Assembly: GCA_013239625.1 (NCBI GenBank)
Contig: MU054391.1
Location: 4,795,824 to 4,859,823, forward strand
Length of the DNA: 64,000 nucleotides
Reading direction: 5' to 3'
Source of the DNA: Lama guanicoe
Lineage: Eukaryota
In this document: piece by piece, positions 35,116-46,599 of the stretch
How positions within the stretch are numbered: the first letter of the stretch is position 1
Layout of the letters: each line of letters starts with the position of its first letter
The notes under the pieces: generated by a model
Database searches by the model: none
Told to the model about the DNA's origin: nothing
Seen by the model: only the letters and a program-made list of their open reading frames with translations
Translations under genes and position numbers: made by a program

Positions 35116-37879
35116 TGCTGGGACGCACTCTCCGCCTGCCACACTGGACGCCCTGGGCTTCACGCTGGCACTTTCACCTCAGTCACCTCTTGAAGGAAAC
35201 CAGAGCCAAGGGCGTCCAGCGGGCGTCTCAGTCGATGAGCTGATGCCGCGTGAACCCCGTGTGCCAAGAAGGGGAGTCATTTAAAAACAGATCTTTCATC
35301 ATTGCCGTGTGCTAGTTCCCTCACTCTCCGTCAGTGTAGGGACTGCCCCCGATGTGCAAAATGCACACGCGCACACACACTCACTCATAGGGGCAGTTTT
35401 CTGACATGAACTCCCGGGTCCAGTCTAGACCCGCACACACAGCAGGCTGTGTCTCTCACCCCTGCTCCACCTCCAGGGCCAGCAGGACGCCCGGCGCATC
35501 CTGGGTTCCCTGTGGATGTCTGTTCAGCCGTGACCACCTGAAGGACGCCGACCTCTGCTCAGGTGTGTCGTGTCTGAACCATCTGTGACTCAGCTTCAAA
35601 GGGAGCCTCTCTCCTGAGCTTCCTGGCCGGGCAGACTGCGTCCCTTCCCTTCCAGCCGGAAACTCCACGTGGGTCGGCAGCCCGCAGGCGCAGGTCAGAG
35701 GCACACCTGGTAACAAAGGGGCCCCTTCCCACAGCGATGACAATCCCTCCCACAGTTTGGGGTCAGCGGGCAGCGCACTACAGTTTACACACTGTTTCGT
35801 ATCTCCTGGCACTGACCTCTCACTTTGGGATGTGGTGCCGTCAGCGACCCTGAATAATCACAGAGTAAAGGGAGCTCATTAGTATTTAGCCCTGCCAGAG
35901 GGAAGCACTTGGGAGGCCCCGATCTCCTCTGCAGAGGGGCTGCTACTTGTCAGCTGGAGAGCAGGACTTAATTAGACGCATCAGCTCGTCGGCTCCAAGG
36001 TGACGTCCACGGGACGGCCACACACGGAGTGGCTCAGGCAGGGGCAGCCGCCCCCAGGGCGGGGCAGGAGGGTGGGCTTCCATTTCCCCATACCCGTCCT
36101 GGGCCCTGCGGTACCACGATCAAGTTCAGTGCCAGGTAGTGCCCAGGCTGTCCCCGCTCGTTCCTTCCCCTCCCTCGGAGTCAGCCACAAGGTCACCCTG
36201 AGCAGATGGTAATGAGCCGGCAGGAAGGGACCGCGTGGGCCAGTCCTCCGCGGTGCTGAAGCCCTACCCATGAAGGGGGCAGCCACCACCAGCCCTGGGA
36301 GACGACACGTAGGTCAACGCTGGGACAAGCGGTGACTGTTCTTCGGATAATTTGGAGTAACTATTTACGGCAAGCACATCTGAAACAAAAACCGTAAAAA
36401 ATTGATGGACAACATCCAAGTTGCCTCAAAATGAAAAGGAAAGAGAAAGTATTTTCCCCGCTCAAGATGCAGGCGGAGCATCGCAGGGCGTAAGGGAGGG
36501 TCCCCTGGGGGCTCCGGCCTCTCCTCGACGCCGGGCTGAATCCGGGCTGATGGGCCTCTGAGTGAAAGGACTTCTCCACCAGGCTCCTCACTATCCCTCG
36601 TTTGCAGGAAAGAGAGGTCTGCTCCCACAGGGACCCCTCCCCCAGGGCAGACCGGCGGGCACACCCTCGGGGTCTCACACAGACCCCCGCACCTGGGGAG
36701 GGCAGGTGAGTGTGCGAGCAGGGAACACAGGAATCCCACTGAGAGAGGTGGAGAGACACAGAGAGACAGAGGGAGAGGAAAGGGCTGACAGACAGAAAGA
36801 ATGGGCTGAAAAGAAGACAGAGGCACAGACAGACAGAGGGAGGAAAGGGAGGATGGAGAGAAGGAGGGAGGGGGAGGGACGGAGGGAGGGAGGGGGTGGA
36901 GGGGGCCTATTTCCTCCTGTCCTGGCTGCGCTGACCCTGCTCCTTCAGGGAAACTGCCCTCCGTGGTGCCTTCTGCATCTCCAGGGGACACGGCCAGCAG
37001 GTCAGGCCCAGCAGCTGCGAGAAGAGAGCTCTATTTCTGGTGAAGAGGGACCGGAAAGGGCTGTAAGCTCTTAGCCGCTGAGCAGAGCAGGTGGAAGTCT
37101 GTCGCCGGGGAGAGGGTCACCATGACCATGGCCTCAGACCATCTCCTCCGGGAACTGGCTGCGTGGGTCATTGCATAATCACTTCACCCCTGAAAGAGGT
37201 CTCCAAGGAGTGCCCCGGATGTCTTGCAGGAGGGATCCCCCCGGACACCCACGCACTGTCCCTCCCAGCCGCTAATCACAGCTCAGGGCAGCTGTAGGAA
37301 GGGCAGCGGGAGGCAGACAATTTCCAAGAGGTGCTCGGGCTGGGGCCTCACATTCCCTTTTTTCAATTTGGAAGAGAAAGGGGAAAAGTTGGCTGTCCAT
37401 CCCCACCCCGACCCACCCCCACACCAGCCATGCCATGCGGGGTCCCCCTGGCCGAGGGCACCCTGGCAGCCCCTGAGCTCCCCAGAGTTGTATCAGCCCA
37501 CCCCACCCCAGCCCAGCTACCTCAGACCCCAGCCTTGTCCAAAGCCCAGCCCCACTCGGCAGGGGGTGGGGGGAGGATTAAACTATCAACAGGCTGAAAA
37601 TAATAGCGATCAAATAAAAATAAAGTAAAATAAAACATTTCCATCACCCCCCCCCAAAAAAATCAATCAATAGGCTGGAGTCACAGAGGCAGGGCCCAGC
37701 TGGGGTTGGGACAGGGAGGGAACCCCAGAGCTAGGCAGGAGCAGCGGGCCCCTTGCTAGATGCTGAGAGTCAGCATCTGGCTTTGGTGCCAGAGGCCAGT
37801 CCGCACCAGGGAAGGGCCGACAGCCAACACAGGGAGGCAGGTCCGGGCGCTGGGGCGTGAGCAGCCGCCGAGGCTCCAT

Positions 37880-38099
37880 GTAAAGCCGATGGAACAGAGC
37901 CCAGCACAAGTGCTCAGCAAACTGCCAGAAGCTGGGGAGACAGCCCGGACCAGGTTCTCCCTCACGGGCCTCAGTGGGAACCAAGCCTGCAGACACCTTG
38001 ATTGGGGACCGCAGCCTCCCGAGCGGGGAGACCGTGTGTCTGTGCGGTGTCACCCCAGTCGGGGACGTTCTGTTATGGCAGCCCGAGCGGACCAATGCA
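37880..38099 (+). mobile_element. MLT1B/C LTR 3' part (strongly GC-eroded)
   Basis: GCCAGAAGCTGG...TTCTCCCTCACGGGCCTCAG...GCAGACACCTTGATT...TGTTATGGCAGCCC...AATGCA. Confidence 0.75.
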
Positions 38100-38104
38100 G
38101 CCGC

Positions 38105-38200
38105 CCCGGAGCTCTGACGATGCCTGTGTCTCAGGTGAGGAAATTGGGGTCTGGAGGTGAAGAACCTGGCCAAGATCCAGGCCCTGGGCAGAGCAGAGCC
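38105..38200 (-). mobile_element. MIR fragment
   Basis: CAGGTGAGGAAATTGGGGTCTGGAGGTGAAGAACCTGGCCAAGATC. Confidence 0.5.
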
Positions 38201-39109
38201 GGGCGCCGTCCTGCCCCTGGGGTGCGTCTCAGCGTGCCGCTGACCCTGTGAACTTTGGCATGTCACTTGTCTCTTGACCTCCCTGAGGAGGAGACATCCA
38301 GTCCAGACCAGCTTGGAAACGCAGTTGACCCCTGACCACGGTCACCCCTGTGGAAGGAGCTGAGTCAGGGGCACTGTGTGCTCCCGGGGGGAGGGGGAGG
38401 CAGAGGCCACGGCCTCCGGCTCCATCTCAGCAGGAGAATCAGGAACCAGAGCCCCAGCTGGCAGCGCCCTGTGAGATTTCTTAAACTTCTGCCACTTCCC
38501 CACTGTTTTCCCTTTTGTAACCAACCTCCTCCCTGCACGGTGGTGAATTAACCCCCCAGAGCGGCAGAGGCTGGTCTCCAGGGTCAGCAGAGGCCGGAGC
38601 TGGAGGATCGCTCCATCCCCCACGAGGCCAGGCCAGCCCAGGTGGAGGCTGCAAGCAAGACGGCCTCTGCTGAGGGACTTGGGGCGCGAGGGGAGCCCAG
38701 GCTTGAAGCCACTGCTGCCAGAAATTCCCTGCACCACAGCACCCTCTGAGCAGGGGTCAGATCAACTGAGGGGGGGTCCATGAAACCTCTCCCCAGGGCC
38801 TGGGGCAGCTGGACATCCAGTCCCATGTGTTCAGCAAGGGTCCACCCCGTGTGAGCTGCTGCCAGAGAAGGAGATCTCAGACAGCAGGTGCTGCTTCACT
38901 GGTCACTCTCGCCCCAGGATCTCCCACTGTTTCCTTTTCTCATCCTGTTCCCTGAGAATCTTCTCATCCTGGTCACAGGGCGAGTGAGATCAGGAGACAG
39001 GGTAAGCCGTTCCCTGTGCCCTGGGCTCCAGTTCAACCCAGTCCAGGTGGGCTGGGAAGGTGCAGGAGGAGGTGGGAAATCATGGGGAGAGAGGAGCAGA
39101 GCAGCTCCC

Positions 39110-39330
39110 CGTGTCTGGGCAGAGCACCTGCTGTGCACACGCGTGTGTAATGGGGCGGGAACACTCGCACAGTATTTCTGAACTAAAAGCACATGTTTTT
39201 AGATACGTTAATCCCTGTAAGTCCACAAGGTAGACACTACTGTTTTAATATACAGATGGGAAGACTGGGATTTAGACTGGCCCGGTGGCTGGGCTGAAAC
39301 TCAAACCTGTGGGACTCCGGGGTGATGCCC
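39110..39330 (-). mobile_element. MIR SINE
   Basis: GAGCACCTGCTGTG...TTAATCCCTG...ATACAGATGGGAAGACTGGG...GGGCTGAAACTCAAACC. Confidence 0.6.
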
Positions 39331-41624
39331 TCAGATGTCATGGAATCCATCCTTCAGGACAGATCATGGCTCCAAACATCCCCTGCCCGGCTCTCAGAGC
39401 TTGCACCCAACCCCTGCTGGCAAAATCCTCTCCGGTACCTCTAACCCAGCCCTTCAAGCTGCAGTCGGAGCCTGTTTCCTGAGTTCTGTCCAGACCAGGA
39501 GAGAGAAGCACTCATACTGTAAAAGCCTCAGATTCCTGCAGACGTAACACTCATCCCACCGGCTCACCATCCCCTAAACTTCCCCCTCCACCTGCTTTAA
39601 TCTCTCAGTCTTTCCTACTTTCTGGGGGCAGGAGGCTGGGGGTGGGAGTCATGTGGGGGCACAGAGCTCTGTGCAGAAGTCAGCGGCATCTTTGGGGTGG
39701 GCAGACCCAGACCCAGCACCACCAGCCCTCACCTGCTCACCAAGCCTCCCTTTCTCACCACTTCTGCGGTTCCCCATGGCCAACGTGGACTTGGAGCCTT
39801 GGCCAGCAGCCCTCTTCACCCACCCTGGGGTCCTCCGCAAAACCCGATGAGGCTCCTGTCCTCTCAGTCCTGGGTGCTGTGAGTCTGTCGGGTGGGCCTG
39901 AGCCCTGAGAGGTCCCTCTGAACCCTCTGTGTGTGGCCGCCACTTGGAGGCCCTGATCCACCCAACTTGGGATTCAAGGATCCAGACAAACACCCTCTGT
40001 TTTCTGGGGCAGAGGGTGTGAGGGCACGCAGAGCCGAGCAGCGGTCTAAGGGAGCTGGAGGTGGGTGACATCCATCGCTTCCCCGCAACCTGCACGCTTG
40101 TCACTCCCCGGGAAGATTAGATTAGGAGAAACCCCACTCCAGACACCTGATGTCTCGCCCTCTTCTGTCTGTGCCTGCCGTGCGGGTGAGAGCAACTTGG
40201 CCGGCTTTTCTGCAAGTGTAGAAACAAGCAGGCCGGCCTCCTCTGTTGCCGGCGCCCTCCCGTCTCCACACCATGAACTCTCCCTCCGGCCCCTTCGGCT
40301 TTCCAACAAGGCGGCCCAGGCCCGACTCCAGCTCAGCCTCCTGGGCCCTGCCGTGGGCTCGTCATTGTCGCTGCCCCTGGGTTTTCTGGGCAGGCACACG
40401 CGTCTCTCCCACTTCTTTGCCTCCGGATGGAAAGGCTCCCCACGGCAACACGAGCCCCCAGCCCTGGTCCTGACCTCTGCTTCCCAGAACTGGTAACTTG
40501 ACAGGATTGGAATGATGGATGCTTCATGTCCTGTTTGCATTTCACACAGTTGGAAGAAATTAATAAAGAAAGGGTCTTTTAACAGACGAGAGCAAAGCGG
40601 CGTCTTTGGCTGGGGTCTGAGGGCCAGGCCTGGGCCTCTGGGAAAAATGTGACGGCCGGGTTCCCCAGGGGCCTCCTGCCTGTCAGCACCTCGGAGCAGA
40701 GTCTGGACTGAAGCCTGAGAGAAGCCTCAGCCATTCTCCCCGACGGCTCCAAGGCCGAACGTCCCCAACGAAGTTTCCATTTCAATCCGAGTTCCAGGTG
40801 TGCCAGGTTGGGATTTGCTTCATGAGCTGAGGGTCCCCAGTGGGGGTTCAGGCTGTGGAGGATCAGGAACTCAAAGGTCCGGCTGTGCTGGCCCCTGCCC
40901 ACACCCCCCACCTGTCCCTCTCTCTGACGTAAGGCCACCTGTCCTTCCACTCCAATCCCAGCCTGGGGTGACAAGACCCAACTCAGGCAGAGGCTGACCT
41001 CTTCCAAGGGGCTCTCATCTTTGGCCTGGCTCCCGGGGGTAAAAGAGTAAGAGATAAAGGAGGCGTTGAATTGTTGAGGGGTGGGTATTAACTGAGGGTT
41101 CCTCCAGCCAGGATTCTGTGACCCTTCAGGGAAACACAGGAAGAGAAACCGGCAGTCACCACCGTGCCCTCTCCTGCTGGCCGGCCGCTTCCCACAGCCC
41201 GGCGCTCCCTGGCTGCCTCTAATGAGAAGAATCCAGAATCTTGAAGCCGAGAGAAGACTGCATCAGCGTGGGCTGGAAAAGCCCACCCTGACGAGTACCC
41301 CACTCTTCATCCTGTGCTTTGGTTTGTCGGGTCTTCTGCCCCAAAATCTATTGCAACGGAATACCTGGAAAAATGGAAAATTCTTGTAAGACATTACAGC
41401 CGTGTTCCCTCTAAAGACATGCTCTCTCCTCTCTCTCTCATTCTGTCCGTCTGTCTGTCTTGCTCTGCCATTCCTTCCCACCTCCCTACCCTGCTCTCCC
41501 CCGATTCTTCCTCCTAGTATACCCTTTCCTCTCTGTCTGTCTCTCCTCTTTTTTGTGTCTCTCCTTCTGCCTGGAGGGGCCTCGCTTTTGTGGCCTCTCT
41601 CCCCAGATGAATGTCTCAACATCT

Positions 41625-41765
41625 TCAAATATTAACCTCATTAATTTGGGAAGGATTTATCAGTGTAGAGGTTAATTGTCTTTCCCTGACATGTTTTTAC
41701 CAAATACATCTGGGTGACAAAATTAATTTCCTCATTAGCTATTTTTAAAAGTGGAACAAGCTGGG
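41625..41765. promoter_or_regulatory. AT-rich motif island (homeodomain, MEIS, MEF2), candidate enhancer
   Basis: CATTAAT, TTAATTG, AATTAATT, CATTAG, two TGACA, and CTATTTTTAA (41739-41748, MEF2 consensus YTAWWWWTAR). Confidence 0.45.
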
Positions 41766-42990
41766 GGGAAATCAGTGCACAGAGACTTTGCAGCGTGAGC
41801 TGTTCTGGCCTCTAGGCTCTGTCCCGGCCCCTCTCCCAGGGGTGCTCACCCACCACCAGGAGCCAGAGAGCACCGAGGTCAGGGAGTCAGAGATCCAAGG
41901 GCCCCTGGAGGAAGGGAGGGCCTGGGGGGAGACCTGAGGTCTGAGTTCTGGGGTGCAGTTCCAGGGAGCCCACACCAGGGAGAGGCCTGGGCCCAGCAGC
42001 CGGGACTCGGGACCCAGGCAGCCGCTCGGGGCCCTTCCCCTCCCCATGGGGGAGAGCTGCCTCCAAGCCGGACGCTCAAGTCACTGCTCTTTAGAGCAGA
42101 ATAAGAGCAGCAGATAGAGACAGAGATGTATCAAATGAGTCCCAGCTCCAAGACCAGCCCCCAAGCCCAGGAAGTCAGACCACGTTGCCCGGAGGCACCG
42201 CGGGGTCTGTGCCCTGCGTCAGGGCCCGAGCAGCCGGTCCCCGTGTGCTCGCAGCCCCGATGCCCCAGCGCAAAGCGGCTCCAGGCCCTGCACTGAGGGG
42301 CGGCCCAGGGGATGGGCGGGGCGTCAGCCCACTCAGGTGCCCGGCCTGGCATTCGGAGGGTCAGAGTCGGGATGTCTGGACCACTAATGGAAGGTCGCCA
42401 CGTGGGGAGGCTGGTGACATCAAGCAGCTGAGTACCACAGGACGCTGGACCAGTCACTCAGCATCCAGGGCCTTAGTATCCGGGCTGTGAAGGAAACAGC
42501 TCCCCAACCCACCCCCCAGCTCTCACTGCCTTAACTCTGGAACCTGAGGCTCCAGCTCAGGGGGCCAGGACCCTCCACAGCTGCCCCGGCCCCTCTCACC
42601 CTCCGTAACCTCCCTCCGCTCCAGAGTTACCCTTCCTGTCACTCTCGCTGATTGCCCAGGACGGAGGCAACCAGGACTGGAGACCTGACAAGACTCAGAG
42701 TCCAGAACTTTCTCGAGCCAAGCCTGTTCCCCACCCGACTTCTTCCAGGCTTTTTCCAGCAGGGCCTTTTCTAGCAGAGAAGGAAGCAGGCACCCAGGAG
42801 CCAGCTGCTGCTGCAGGCCAAGGCCAGGCCAACCCCGAAGCCCCTTCCTTCGGCCCAGCCCCAGCCTCAGTGGGGGCCCAGGCTCCATGTTATCTACCCT
42901 TCCTTTCTAGGAAACAAGGAGCCTGGGATGTGGTGCTGATACAAATCCTGAATTTCCTGTTTCTTTAAACTGAGACATAACTCACGCGCA

Positions 42991-42991
<1 letters not shown>

Positions 42992-43021
<30 letters not shown>
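42992..43021. repeat. (AC)15 microsatellite
   Basis: Perfect dinucleotide run. Confidence 0.95.
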
Positions 43022-43023
<2 letters not shown>

Positions 43024-43759
43024 CTGCGACGCTCACCAATGGCCACTCCTGCCCGAGCCGTGTGTCCTGCTGCAGCAACTTCAGGAACAGGGAAAACCAG
43101 ACCTAGGGAGCTATCTGAATGTCACAAGCTGTCAGCCTGGGACAGGAATAGGATGGGCTGCCGGCCCCTCCCCTCCCTGGCTTTATCTCCTGTTCGGCTG
43201 GGCCTCCCCTTTCTCACGGCCTCCTTGCCTTCCTGAAGGTGCAGCTCAGCCCAGACAGAAGGATCCTTGGTATCAGATCACCTTCGGGCCCTTCCTTACG
43301 CTTGCTGCTGGAGCAGACTTGCACTGAAATGTCAGGGAGCGCCGGACCCTCCCCAGCACCCTCCCCACCTTCCCGAGAACAACCCTGGGCATCAGCACCA
43401 GGTGATCACACACAGCCCGGGGCCCCTGGACCACATTCAGACTGGTTTTTGCTGACCCCTTCCCAGCGGTCCTTCTCACCCAGCTCCAATCTGACTGAAA
43501 CCAGAATAGGCATCTCCACCTGTCTTCTACCTCCTGACAGCTGTCCCTCCTTGCTTCCCACCTTCCTGACCCAGGGATTTCCTGGAACAGGAATTCCAGA
43601 CTTTCTTTTGAGGGGTAGGAGTCTGCCAGCAAAGCGGGACAAGGCAGGTTCAATTCGCTCCCGCTCTCCTGAAGCCGGAAGCACTCCAGCCAGCCTGTCT
43701 GGGAGGGGTGGACAGGAGTGCCTCGGAGCACCCCACCCCCTGATTCTGAGCCTCAGGAT

Positions 43760-44090
43760 GACAGAATACAGGGTCAGGGAAGGCTTCCCGGTGGGGACGA
43801 TCACGAAGCTGGGTTCTGAAGGATGAAGAGGAGTTTGCTGAGCTGATCCGAGGGGAAGGGCGCGCAGAGAGGAAACAGCATTGGGAGAGGCACTGGGACT
43901 TGAAAAGGACCTGGCTTGACTGAGGAACTGGGAGCTGCCGTGTGCAGCTGGCAGGTCTACATCAGAAAATCAGGGAGGGTGGGCAGGAGGGTAACAGGAG
44001 CCTTGAATGTTTCTGCACCGCGGTTAAACAGGAGTTAAACAGGACAGTGGCAGAAACCACTGTGAGTCAGAAAGGGCACTTGGGAGGTGG
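43760..44090 (-). mobile_element. L2 LINE fragment
   Basis: GGGTCAGGGAAGGCTTCCCGG...AGCTGGGTTCTGAAGGATGAAGAGGAGTTTG...CAGAGAGGAAACAGCAT...TGAGGAACTG. Confidence 0.7.
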
Positions 44091-44314
44091 TGCAGAGGCC
44101 GGCTGGAGCTGAGAGAGTCACAGGGATGCTTTACCTGGAAGCCAGGAGCGCTCCTTCTAATGCAATCACCTCCTCTTAGAATCTGAGTGGAGGCAGCGCC
44201 AGATAGATTCTCAGGGAGGAATCTGGAAGGTCTGGTTCCCAGGGCCCAGCAGGGAGGCCAGGTTCCTGACCAGCCAAGTGGTTTGCCTGTGAGCTTTTGT
44301 GGAGGCAGAAAAGT

Positions 44315-44430
44315 TAGATCTTGTCCCACTTTAGAGATGGGGAAACCGAGATAGAGGGAGGCTTCATATCACAGTAAGGCGGCGCCCGCGCCGGGAATAG
44401 CACCCTACGCCCCCCGGACTCCCACACGGG
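44315..44430 (-). mobile_element. MIR fragment with CpG-rich eroded tail
   Basis: CCCACTTTAGAGATGGGGAAACCGAG...GCCGGGAATAGCACCC...GACTCC. Confidence 0.55.
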
Positions 44431-45499
44431 GCCGCACGCCTCTGATGTGGGTGCGGCTGCCGCACGCGCTTTCCTGCGATGCACCTGGCCTGCCCGCGTC
44501 GCCTCCAAATGTGGGCGTCGGGGTGCTTCGAGGTGCCCCACCCGAAACGCCGTCCCCCTCCTTCCGAGGCCAGCAGGTAGAGATTGCTCAGGAAGAAGAG
44601 CCTAAGGCCAGAGAGGAAGCTTCCTGGGGAGCTGAGGCTGGCTCTGCCTGGCTCAGCAGAGCCACGGTGAGGACCTCGGTTTACTCCAGCCCGCCCTCAT
44701 CTCCCGTCTCATCATGCGACATCTGTCAAACGCCTGCTCTCCCGCCAGAGAAGCACTCTGAAGACAGTGTGTGGAGTGCCCGGCGGTCATGGGTAGGACG
44801 GATGAATCACATCTGTGCAGCGGCTGCCTTGAGATGGGAGGGACATGTTCTGGAGAGCTCCTCCAGAACACCCCGGGGGCAGTGGTGGCTCCGGGGCTCA
44901 CCTCCCCGTGACCCACTCCTCCCCTCTCTCCCCAAGTTTTCCGTCTTTGAGAAGAACCAACCCTGGTCAGCTGTCTCCTGGGCATGGCCCGGAGCCACTC
45001 CTGCCAGGGTGTGGAAAAAGCAGGCCACTGGCTGGGAACCTCCAGAACTCATCCTGTCCGAGGGCAGCGGGTCGGTCAGCCGCCGCGAGAAGCACGATGT
45101 TCGGAAGTCAAGGTCTCCTTGTATTCTGGGCCTTGGGACTGTTTGAGAGGGAAAAAAGTCAACTGTTGTTCTGCAATTTTGTTCTCAGTCCAAAGGCACG
45201 TTGCTTTGGAAAGTGGACAGATTCTGCATTTGGCTGATTTTAGGATCCAAAAATATGATGATGGAGGAAGGGGAGAGCTTTTGAGGATTTAACATATTTT
45301 CTCAGACACATTTTAAACTTGATTACAGCCTGAAATATTATCGGTCCGTGTGTCTTATGCTCAACAAAGAGCCTCTACTGGCCTAAATGGACAAGGCATT
45401 TCTAGGAGTGATTACAGCGTTCTGTTCGTGTCACCTACGGCCAAAAACCCTCAGTGGCTCCCCACTGCCCTCAGATGCCATCGTCTTCATGGAGATGAG

Positions 45500-45670
45500 T
45501 GAGGCCTGTGCTAAGCACTTGGCAAGTATTACCTCACTTGAGTTTCAACACAATCAGAAAGGAAATATCATTCAGCCCATTACACAGATGAGAAAGCTGA
45601 GGTTGAGAGGACTTGTCTGAGCCTGCTACACTACACAGCCTCGGAGCTGGGATAAACCCCAAACCATCTG
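45500..45670 (-). mobile_element. MIR SINE
   Basis: TGTGCTAAGCACTT...CCCATTACACAGATGAGAAAGCTGAGGTTGAGAGGACTTG. Confidence 0.75.
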
Positions 45671-45699
45671 AGGCTATCACCCAACTTTCTCTCTCCCCT

Positions 45700-45972
45700 C
45701 CTTCTAATTCCCACCCTGATGAAATAGTACAGGTGTCCCTGACCATTCCCGCCAGCACCACCCCCCCACCGCGGGCACCCCACCCATCTCTGATTAGGGA
45801 GCTCCTCCAGATTAGACGGCATCCTTGTTGCTGACTTCCTCTGCTTCCTCCAGACTGGGACCCCTGAAGACAAGGATTTGGGCTCTGGGTGCCAGGTGGT
45901 CCCTTGCTGTGTCCAGCACAGAGCCTGGTACCACGGGATGGGCAGTAAATACACGTGGAATAAATCATTCCA
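45700..45972 (+). mobile_element. L2 3' end
   Basis: CCAGACTGGGACCCCTGAAGACAAGG...CCAGCACAGAGCCTGGTAC...GCAGTAAATACACGTGGAATAAAT. Confidence 0.65.
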
Positions 45973-46054
45973 TCCTGCGCTGGAGCACCGTCTGCCTTCG
46001 TCTCAACCCGGATGTATCAAGAACATCCATGAAATCTCCCAGCGAGGTCTGTGT

Positions 46055-46250
46055 CTTCTCACCCTTGGTGGTGAGACAAGACCTCCTGGAGAGCCAGCTA
46101 AAACCCAGACTGACAGCTGGGCCTCCCATCCAGAAAGTCGGCTCAGCAGGCCGGGAGGGGCCAGAAGTTCTGCACGTCTCGCAGGCTCCCGGGTGCTGCC
46201 CGTCCCGGCCTCACCCTGCAGAGAGGCTGCTCTCTAAACTCGAGTCTGTG
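46055..46250. mobile_element. MER5A-like MITE
   Basis: CTTCTCACCCTTGG...CTGGAGAGCCAGCTAAAACCCAGACT...CTGGGCCTCCCATCCAGA...GGGGCCAGAAGTTCTGCA...CTCCCGGGTGCTG. Confidence 0.6.
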
Positions 46251-46599
46251 CTTCAGAAGTGACACTCGAGCTGATGAAAGACACTTAGCCAAATGCTCAC
46301 CAACATCACGGACAACTTCGAAACTCTGGTCCGCAGCATAAAGGAAAAAAAAAATGAAGGGACACATTCTCAGTTTTCTATTTGAAAGAGTCCTTTGCTA
46401 CAGTGGGGGATTTTCCTCTGCATCTTCCGAAACGCCAGGAAATAAAATTTTCAGTGTGACTACCGTGTCCTCATCCGGACCACGGCAAGCTCACTGTGGT
46501 TACACCTCAGAGAGAGCCCGGGGCTCCCCGTGAGAGGGGCAACGCTCAGCTTAGAGTTACATTCTGACTTCTCAAAACAGGGCACCATCTCCCTCGGCG

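Noticed and set aside
44445..45146. 233-aa ORF (likewise 48451-49149, 43239-43826, 37667-38266 and other 100-230 aa ORFs)
   Set aside because: Pro/Gly/Arg/Ser-rich compositions expected by chance in GC-rich DNA; many use non-ATG starts or overlap repeats; no recognisable domain or exon structure.
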